NCBI RefSeq assembly: GCF_964355755.1
Contig: NC_092671.1
Span: 38,574,304 to 38,638,303 of the forward strand
Source of the DNA: Antedon mediterranea
Taxonomy: Eukaryota; Animalia; Echinodermata
Reading direction: 5' to 3'
Length of the DNA stretch: 64,000 nt
Position numbers and translations under genes: made by a program. The notes beneath the pieces were generated by a model, which saw only the letters and a program-made list of their open reading frames with translations, made no database searches and had not been told where the DNA came from. Shown here in pieces: positions 35,891 to 46,107 of this stretch (position 1 is the stretch's first letter; each line of letters opens with the position of its first letter).

Positions 35891-36826
35891 TAAGCAGGGG
35901 ACATGGGTCTAGGTAGGTAGGATCTGTGGGTAAGGGTGTGGAAGTAGGTAGAAGATGGGGTGTTAGGTGGGTAGGTCATGAAAATGTATAATTTATACAA
36001 TTTAAACCAAAATCACTGAATAATTTTCAGTTACAGTGCTCACATGATGAAATTAATAATTCTATATTTACACATGCGAATGTTATTTTAATGGCTGGTT
36101 GCGCGCAGATCATTTAATTATATGTAAAATTAAATATTGATATTTAAAATTCTAAATAGATTCTCATGAATCTTTTGTTGAAATTTAATAATTGTTATTA
36201 TTCTCGACATACTACTATATCTATAAATATAGATAAATTTTGAAAACTTTGACAGAATATTCAAAATAAATAATTATTATTTTGACAATAAATAAAAAAT
36301 CATGTTTTTAAATGGATTTACAACAGAGAAAATCATAGTTGCATTGAATTGAATATCATGTAATAATATAAAAATAAATCAAAGATGCTTAAATTAATAA
36401 TACCGATCACGGCCGTTGGTTGGTAAGGTTTCAACCTGACCATTTTTTCACAGAGGCGTTTGACAACCCAGCGGCTTGAATAGAGATTGTTCCCTTTTCT
36501 TGCGAAAACCGGACCACTTTATTTCTCGTGGCTACATCACTGCTGATTGATGGTTGACATGCTTGCTTACCAATTACAGAGTTCATTGGTTCATATCCAG
36601 TCCCAAGATTTTTATGATGGTGGGAAAATTCAGCACCTATCTAAGCCTCATATGAGACTACATGTGTTAGAAAAAGATGGGTTTGCCAATCAATTCATTC
36701 ATTTATTTAACCTAATATTTATAGAATGTGATCCTAAACTGATAATCAAGGGGCCCTCATATAAAAAAAAAAAATAAAATATTAAAATACATTTGATTGT
36801 TTCCAAATGAAAGCTATAATTTGTTT

Positions 36827-38097
36827 TTAAAACGTTGGCTGTTGTTGGCACATTTGTCCTACAACCTGCGCCATCATCCCAAGCATGTTTTGAAAAAACT
36901 GGTGTTCGTTCTCGGCCCGCCGCCTGTCAATCTCCATCCGCTTACAGTCTATTTCCAACGCTTGCATTTGATTTTCTACTATTTTTTTTAACGAATCCTT
37001 TATTATTTCAATGTTATTATTGTCATTTTCTTTCCGTATTTCTGGACCTGGTGCAGTTGTTGGTTGTTGTTGATGATTTTGGCTTCTCGCATTTGAATTT
37101 GGTTGTTGAGAGGGTGGGGCAAACTCACTTTGCAATTGAGGTGTATCAGTTGATCTAAAAAAGAGAAACAAAAATCTTTTTTATATTTATTTTATTTTAT
37201 TTCAACTATTATAGGATGCCTTCAAAATATTTAGATATAAATATATACATAAAAACAATAGGAAACATACAAGAAATGGCAAAATTAAATAGCTTTAATA
37301 AAGAACTTTAGATCTAAAAATTGACAAACTGTCAAAAAAAATATTGATAGTAAAGCATGGATAATCTTTGAATAAAAGCATTTTAAGTTTAAAAAGATGA
37401 ATATCCAGTTCCAATTATTTTCAAAAATATTGATGCACTGATTAAAAAACAGTACTTGCCCTTCTAACTTTCTCTTTTTACTCTTTCTTGGTGTGATGCT
37501 CATTCTTGCCATAAATGACTGCGCCCATTTTTCTGTTAAATCAATATTTCCTCCATTTTCCCGCATGACAGAAGAATCGTGTTGTTCTACCATTCCACGG
37601 GCTGCTCCAAGAACAATTCTTCGGGTGATGGGTACTCCGTTTGTCTGAAGTCTTCGTATATAGTCTTGAATACGTTGATCAAGCTCGCTACCAAGGAGAG
37701 GGGGTCTTCCTCGGTTACCAATCGGTAAGTTTGTAATTGTATCTCCGTCTTTGCAAACAGCTAATTGCTTTTGGTACGCTTCTTTAAAAGCTCTCACTGT
37801 ACTTTCATTCATTTTCTTTCCAAGTTCAGAACTAAATTTCCTGCAGGCGCTTGTGATGCCGTGGTCTGTAGCGTGCTGCCCGATACGAGCTCTAATTTCT
37901 GGATTATAAATAACATACGGCCCACGCTTTTTCTTTCCCTTGCTCCGATGAATGATCTTATTGACGGCTGCATTTGCAGCTCGCATTTCTGCAGCCCGTT
38001 CCTCAGAATCCTCGTCCTCTGGGTCTGGCAGGTCAGAGTTCAGTACTTCGTCATCAGGACCTGCCTCTCCATTTTCGAGAAAATATGGAAGGGACAT
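36827..38097 (-). CDS. Two-exon gene: pogo/CENP-B-type double-HTH DNA-binding region (38097-37460) spliced via a GC-AG intron to a coiled-coil terminal exon (37154-36827)
   Basis: KRGPY..Y.PEIRARIG..A...G..ACRKFS....NESTVR; RGRPPLLG.ELD; GGNIDLTEKWAQSFMARM (pogo-like N-terminus, no DDE domain); GG|gcaagt phase-2 donor matches ttttag|A phase-2 acceptor. Confidence 0.72.
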
Positions 38098-39447
38098 ATT
38101 TACCTACAAATAAATCCTTTCCTCAAACAGAATAAAACCTAAAAATAAATTATATAATAATATGTAAATAATAAATAGGGGAGAGATGTTTATATTCATT
38201 ATTATTTTTTAACAACTGGTGTCCAGGGAAAGATTTAAAGTTCATACATCCTATTTTTACTGTATTAAAAAAAAATATAGTACAGTATAATATGATCATA
38301 GTTTTTAAGGTAGTTTAACTAATAAGGTCACACGGAAATATTGACCTCTCACACCACAAATATTTGTATGCTCTGAATGAATAATGAAGTTTGTTCTTCA
38401 AGGAGACCTCTGTCTGTGTGCCAGTCTCTGGCAGCCGCCTTACTTAGCCTATGGAGGTATAAAAATAGATACCTCCATGCTTAGCCAGGTTTGAGTAGCT
38501 AGGCTATAATACGTAATACAATTGGCCTAACTAAGGCATTACGACAAGGTTAGACATGATCATACACAAATATATCTCTTGCTCACAGCAGAATCGATGA
38601 TTATTTATTTCAAGAAGAAATCACATCTCTTACTTTGGTTGAGTAAGCAGGGATTCTCAAAACAACAATTTAAAGTACTGTACGTGTTCTGATGTTGTGA
38701 GCTGCAGCTATTCTGGGTTATTTATTTTCTTATGAGCGCCCTCTCTGGAATGATCTCTGATTAATTATTGTTGGTGGTAATATAAGTTGCTCCTCACAGC
38801 ATACAAACATTTGTCGGCAATGGATGAATTGGATGCAATAGCACATTGTTTTATAGAGTTGTGAAAAGCACTTTTCCACACGATTATGGTGCAAATATTT
38901 ATCAGTAAAATACTTAAATATCTGGAATGTTGCATCGATTTGATGACCGCATTAAACATTAATGTTCAGTGACTGTTACAACACAATAAACACTTCAATA
39001 AAGAAAGACTGAGTTTGTTAATTCATTAATAAAACTTTATTTGATTGAGTTTGAAAATATGATTGATTAAAGCATGCTTCAATTTGAAAAATGAAGTAAT
39101 GTTTTAGTTAGCACGATGCTACACAAAAATTAAAAATGCATTGCTATGTACAAGTAACCAGGAAGGTTGTATACCTCCCCTCCCTGGTACAACCCTACAG
39201 TAGATTGTAGCTTAGTCGTCACTTGGGTAAAACCATTCGTATTATTACTTAAATTACATGTATTATTACAGTATTTTGAGCATATTATATAAATTTTATA
39301 CAGTATTAATTGCATCCGAGTAATGTTTTATTTACATGGCTATTATTATCGCAATGATATGCTACCTAAAGTGTTATATAAACTCAGTTCATGCAAAATT
39401 ATTGTTGTTCTATTGGGAGAAAAAATATACAGTGTCATGAAAAATGA

Positions 39448-41372
39448 TCAGAGTAGGCCTACAGAGTTCTGTTGGGTCATGTGACCAATAATCTGCGACA
39501 TCATTGTCAGCATTCCGTGGAAGAATTGTCGTTCAGAATCTATGCGTTGTTTTTCTAATGCAACACTTTGTCTTTCAAGATCAACCATAGTCTCAAATAG
39601 ATCGGTGAGTTTTTCTTTTTGCTTATTAGCTTCGTTACTTTCCGCCAATTTTCGTTTTCTTGGGTTACACGACTTCCTCTTATTGACTTCTTGAACATCT
39701 GGCAGTGGTTTCTGTTGTTGGACTTCTGCTGCGGGCAAGTATTCGTTAGTGGTGACGTCGTCAATATTAGTTTCAACACCATTACTGTTGCAAGTGTCTT
39801 CAGGTGTTGGACTTAGTTGGTTGTTGGTTGGACTACCATTCTCAAGTCCACTGAAAATAAAAATATAAATCTATTTTATTATTAGGTTTGGCATCCAGAA
39901 AGTACAACAAATGAACTTCTCAAACTTTTAAATCATAACCTAAGCTAAGGAGTTTAATACAAATAGGTGGAAATTCACTTTTGGTAAAGTCTACTGTATA
40001 GAGTATCACGGTGTGACATCACAACGATAGAGGGCGCTGCATGGTTGCTAGCCAACCAAAAAATGTGTTCAACGCTACTATGTTGATAAACTGTAAAGAT
40101 TTGTATTTCTATCAAATTATGTATCTGAATAAATAGATTTATTAAAAAACAAATATTTAGTGATCTTTTGAAATTTTAGTTTGTTTTTATTGAAAATTAC
40201 TAAGTTTTAAAATGACTATTCTAAACTATTGCTGACCTTGGAGTCAGGTTGAACACATTTTTGGTTGGCAGCGCCACCTACCGTCGTGACGTCAGCATCG
40301 CGATACTCTATACTGTATTTGTTAGGATACGGTTTTCAGGAAATGATTTGGCATGTCAGTCACTTTATATGGATTTAAGCGGGGGATAAACAGGCTTTAG
40401 TGGCCCCCACCCACAAAATTTAAGACAGGTTTTTAAAAAATAAAATAATGACTACTTTTATTTTAATGCAACCAGACGTATCATTTTTATCATTTATGAT
40501 TGTGACATTGTCACTTAATTGCGTCAAAAACATATTTTTTTGCCTTTAGTTAAAGGAGCTTTTTTTTTGTATAGATTTAAAGCAATCATAATAATAATAA
40601 TAAACAGTATTTATATAGCGCCTAATAGATCACTGACCCCTCTAGGTGCTTTACATAGGACCTTAACTAATGGTAATAAACTATCCCCCGCCGGACACCA
40701 TTCCAGTATTTCTTAGTCGAGGTTTCGGGGATATGAAATCATGAGAAATCAGGAGAAATAGTTGGAAAAGCGGACAACTTCTTATCAGGAATAAATCGGA
40801 AAGTCTGTAAGTATCCCACTTAAGTTCCTTGTCACCCAAAATAAAGATTTTAGGACATCAAATTTGCGATAAACAACATCATCAAAGGACCTTTTAAAGA
40901 TGATTTCAGCAGCATCCAGTAAACTCTCATCTTCCAAATCTTGATGAGAACAAAAACTTGACATCGAGTCCAAAACATTTGCATTTCGAGTTGACGGATG
41001 AGATTCCAATACCGCTTCAACCTCGGGGAAATAATCACGAGCATTTCTATCCGTCATCGGTGCATCATCGCTCTTTAACGCTTTCTTATGTTTAAAGTAA
41101 GCTGTCTTAACATTTGCCATTTTGCTTTTGTAATCCGCTCCTGTCCGGTTCTTATACCCCAATGCTTTCATTTTTTCTGCTATTCCTTCCCAGATACTAT
41201 GATGGCAAAATGTTGACTCAAATTTTTCTTGGAATTCATCCAATCCCCATATTCTTATCAGAGTTTGTACTTCATCTCTGTGGAATATCTTCCTTCTTTG
41301 TTTTTCATGCTCTTCCGTTGCTTTTGTATTTTCCAATTCTAGGCTTGATGTCATTTCTTCTTGCTCAGCCAT
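39448..41372 (-). CDS. Myb/SANT-like (trihelix/MSANTD) protein: exon 41372-~40891 plus coiled-coil terminal exon 39850-39448
   Basis: F.RDEVQTLIRIW...IWEGIAEKMKALGY..RTG..YKSKM.N.K..Y pattern; strong acceptor at 39851; donor AG|gtcctt is weak but phase-compatible. Confidence 0.72.
39999..40310. mobile_element. Foldback/MITE with long imperfect TIRs
   Basis: TAGAGTATCACGGTGTGACATCAC... versus ...GTGACGTCAGCATCGCGATACTCTA; flanked by direct repeat TACTGTA. Confidence 0.75.
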
Positions 41373-42238
41373 GATGAAAGGTATTAAAATGACTCCTATT
41401 GTCTGTCTACATTAAGTTGTGTAGCAGAACTGATGTTATGTTAAGAAAATAGTGGAAATGATATAGGTTGAATATAAATATACACCAAACTAGAGAGAGG
41501 ACCAACCGACTTCGCACCACTAGCAGAGGTTATTTTCCTCGCCGTACTATTTCATTGAAAGTTTAAAAAACAAAAAGGGCAAGGCCTAGCCTTGGCTAGT
41601 TAAACAAGCTATTTAAGTTAAATACAATACAGTATTATCATTCCTATCTAGACGAGCTTACACACAATTCCTAGTCCTAGATTATTATTGTAAAACCCTT
41701 TAGTAAAAATGTCAAAAAAAAAGGTAACAAGGATACAAATAAAAATGTTTCAAGAACGTCAGATTCTTTCATCCCATTCATGCATGCAGCAACAGCTCCT
41801 CACCACTCAGAGCTAGCTGCTCAAGAAAACATTTATAGCGCCACCACCCGGCGAAAAAATATTCACACGTACACTTGTACTTTTCTCTCTACACATTATC
41901 TCGACTCTTGTTACACTTTCAAACTAGTTTGACAAAAAAGTGTGACGTGCCCAAATATGGCAGTTGATATGCTTAAATATGGTGGCGATATGACATCATC
42001 ATGTCCATATATGGGCACATCACCTTTTGTTGTAACATAAAGCTGATAGTGTAGTGTAGACAGCTGGTACGGGGGGGGGGGGGGAGAGTGTGGGCTAAGT
42101 TTGGGATGGGAGGAGGAGGAAGAGTTGGTGCTAGACTGAAGCCGGGACTGAAGTGAAGTAGTAACGTTTAATTAAAAATAGATAATCAATAGTTTATATA
42201 AAGTCCTTGTACCACCTGAAAGAAAAAAGTACGCATAC

Positions 42239-42697
42239 TTACTGTTCAGTGTTTTCCGATGTTTTTTTCTTTTTAATAAGCGGAATGGGAAACTTTTGTT
42301 CTTCGTCTATGTATAAAGCAAATCCGTTGTAGAAACTATCATGGGACGCGTCATTGACGGAAAACGCACATGTGTCTGGTCGCGAAAAAATGTCGTGCAT
42401 CTTTGTCCAGTACGTCCAATTTGGCGTTGCACCAGTAGACAGGAACTCCTTTTTGTATTTAAAGTAATGTGCTTTGAGATTTAACACACGTCTTTTTAAC
42501 TCGATGTCTGGTCGGTTGTATCCTCGGCTTACCATTCTATAACCAATGTCACTCCATATTTTATTGTGACGAGTTGACCTAAGAAATTGGTTTTGAATTT
42601 CTGCAGCTCCCCAGATATTTATAAGAACTTTTGATTCTTCGATACCAAAGTTTTTAGCTCTTCTATAGAGCTGCTGATCGCTAAAAATCGAGCTCAT
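42239..42697 (-). CDS. Second Myb/SANT-like (MSANTD) coding exon ending in a canonical phase-2 donor
   Basis: NFGIEESKVLINIW...NKIWSDIGYRMVSRGYNR...LKRRVLNLKAHY...W.YW..M..IF; CA|gtaagt at 42243/42242. Confidence 0.78.
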   Translation of the reverse strand: MSSIFSDQQLYRRAKNFGIEESKVLINIWGAAEIQNQFLRSTRHNKIWSDIGYRMVSRGYNRPDIELKRRVLNLKAHYFKYKKEFLSTGATPNWTYWTKMHDIFSRPDTCAFSVNDASHDSFYNGFALYIDEEQKFPIPLIKKKKTSENTEQ

Positions 42698-45600
42698 TTT
42701 ATTTTGTACCCTTGTTGTCTCGCTTTAATAGACAATTAATAGTGCGTTATTTTTTGGAGGTTTGAAGTATGAATATTATTGGATACATCCATAAAGATTG
42801 TTATCAGCCCATTGTGTATAATCGTTTATCTAACTCATTATAAATAATGATACCAAATGGTCGTATACTTTAAGGCTTATCTTTAATTACACTTCTGGTA
42901 ATGTGCATTACTGAGGTCACGAGGTTTAAATACGCGCACTGTGTCCACAGAGAAGTTGTTAAACTGCCATAAATCTGTAGCGGCAGCTACTAATGTTTTT
43001 CCACTTCAAGCCTACTTTGACCAAAGTTCACGGCTTAAGTCATGTGGTTAATTAGGCCTATATTAATTATCGAATGAACGGCCTCTTTCATCAACTGATT
43101 GCAGAATCTAGGGTCAGGTCAAGCGGATGTGCCGTCGTAGGGACTTTGAAGCCCGAATGAGAGCGAAGGCTATTCTGTTTGGCCGACATTATTTTCAGTG
43201 TTGATGATACAGACCACATTAAAATAACTATAAAAACATGTTTATTTGTAAACTTTTGAATGAAATGAGGTTTTATATCAACAAGGTTTATGGAGAGTTT
43301 ATATATACAGCATTTAAAACATTAATCGTTGTCCCTTTACTTACAAGTGTTAATATCAATGGCGCCGAATGTGGCTTCTGATTGGTCAGTTGTTTGTTGT
43401 ACGATTAAACGCGTTACGCGATGACGTCACAAGTGTCAACGTAAAAACAGAAAACGCATGAGAAAAGATAATATTTTCATAGTTTATTAAAAAACATATT
43501 TTAAAAAATATAAACAGTTTCTGTAGTTATATTACAAGGTTAAGATTTACTATTTAGTACTGTTTGATGGAAGTTGTTAGATTTAATTATTGCACTATCG
43601 TCGTAATAAGGATTGTATCAGCTGCATCACCGTTTAACATTTACTGTTGAGTAACTTTACAGTAGTAATCCAAGAAGCACCATGTTTTGTTCTGAAATGT
43701 AATAAAAAATTAATTAGAATGCGTTTTTATAAATGCATAGATTTTGTTATAAAGACAACACAATCACATTACAACAATACACGCTTTGCAATGAACATTT
43801 TTTTAAAACCAAAATGGGTAATTTTGTGAACCTTTTTTGCATTGCACAATATACAGTAGCTTACAAATTCTATTCGAACCATTTTCTGTACCAAATGTTT
43901 TCAACTAATTTGCACCAGGAATCTTTGTAGACTTAGACATTTTAAATTTGACGGTACAGTATAAAGTAAATACTAAAATTATGAATTTAAAGAAACATGA
44001 AATTTGGAGCTTCGATGTAAGTCTTCCTATTTAGACATTTCAATTTGTAACTAGTGTACTCGCTCAGTATTTTTTTCAGCTGAAAAATTTGACAATTTTT
44101 ATTAACATAAATTTGAACTACTGTACTAATATATTCTGCACTAGTGAAAATTCACTATTTAGTCGTTTTTTTTTGGGGGGGGGGGGGGGGGTGTATTTAA
44201 AGGGTTAAGATTACCAACGGCTAAAATTGAACCTCATCAGTAAAATGCTAAATATGGATATAAAGCTTGAGTTGTATCACAAGTTAAATGCTAAAAACTG
44301 TGTGGCAGTTACCTTCCTCTTTCTAACACTACCTGTAGTACTGCTGATCAGCCTGTGGAGTAGCTAACCTTCTAGGCTAACATCTAGCTGATGATGCTAA
44401 CAATGTCTATTTCAACTGTCACTAAATTCATCATATTTTCTACACAATTTAGTATCTGTTGCGTACGGCATCCACTGAGCTAGTTGCTACAAAGAGGCTC
44501 TAGTCTGCATTTCTAAATCTTGTGTCTTCTTGCCAACTAGTAACCTGTCTATCAATGTCTTTCTTTGTACTATACTTTATCAAACTGGAACTCTTCTATA
44601 TTCAAATCTTGTGAACACGCAATTTTAATTTTAGAATTTCTTACTATAGAGTAAAACTAAAAAAATAACACTGAACACTAAATAAGCATATAAGCATTAA
44701 AACATATTCTAGTCTATAACAAGTCAATTTCAAGAAAAAAGTCCAAGTCCAATGCAACTAATAAACTTTACGCTGCATTCGCATACTGCTTAAAATCCAA
44801 TTTTATGTATAGAAATAAAATTACAATAGTGTATTATACTTTTGGCTCCTCATGAAAAAAGCTTAATGCTTCTAGTGAAGGCCCAATTATTACATGTAAC
44901 TGAACAAAATATGAAACACTTCTAATTAGCAATTAGACCAAATATAATATTGTTTAGTCTTCAATATACAAGTTAAAAAGAAAGGAAAACGTATTAGTAC
45001 AAAAGTACAGGTTTAATCAATTTAATAGATACCAAAATATAGCGGATAAATATACAATTAATTGGAAAGGTCACACCACACTAATCAAGAGGCAGATAAA
45101 ATTTATTTTAGGTAATCGTAATCATGATCATGTTATATAAAACCCCAGCCCAACCCTAAAAATAGACCTCCCACCTCTCCCCTAATAATAGACCTGCTAA
45201 TAATAAAACAAAACACCTGACTAGGTTTCCTATCTGTCCTATTTATTCTGAACTGGTTACAGAAAGCTTTTTACAACTAATCATAAACAATGATTAAAAT
45301 CATTAAATGTTCTAATTTCTAAGACAAACATTTATCAACATGTATGCACCAAACATTTAAAAAAAATGGCATGATTTGTTTATCCTCGTTATATGTACAA
45401 ATAGAAACATTTAAATTATGTTCTGAATCATGATATTTTATCACAAAACAAAATTCATTTTAGATACTAAACTAAAATTAAGAAAATAAAAATTCAATTC
45501 TCCCTCTACTAGATATTTCTAGTTCTTGTGTATGTCTCTCCCTCTACTAGATATTTCTAGTGGAACCATTGAAGAAATATTGTGTAACTCACTGACTAGT

Positions 45601-46107
45601 TCTACCTTATGTTTATTCTATTTTGACACGGTAGTAGTAGTCCATATATTTGCAACTAAGACTAGTAGTAGTAGCTAAATAAGTAGTGTTCTTGCTAAGC
45701 ATGTTGAAAATCCAAGGTTCTGTCTAAAAAGTTCTTTTGGCCAGCTGAACTACTAGTGTTTTTTAATCCATTCTATCATCCTGAAATATTTCCTGACTGC
45801 TTTTTAAAAATATCCTTGTCTTGTAGAAGAATCTGACTTGCTAAAAACCTGTGATAAGATGGTGAAACCAGAGCAAAACATAAAATACATTACAAGCTAT
45901 TAACAACTGCTTATTTCTCTGTTCAGACTGATGAAATTAAATCATAAATTATCATGTAAACTTTAGATTAACTAACAATATCAAAATAGAAACTAGTTTC
46001 CTTTGCTTTATGCTAAAACTACAAACTGCATAAATAGTAAATTCTCCTAAAATCTTGATTTGGGTACATTATTTATAAAACTAGAGAGAATTACTTACTT
46101 CGACATC

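Noticed and set aside
32216-43450. One intact autonomous Harbinger element spanning the transposase and Myb genes
   Set aside because: No matching right TIR/TSD seen beyond 42.7 kb, catalytic residues are lost and there are several divergent partner genes; ancestry from such an element remains plausible
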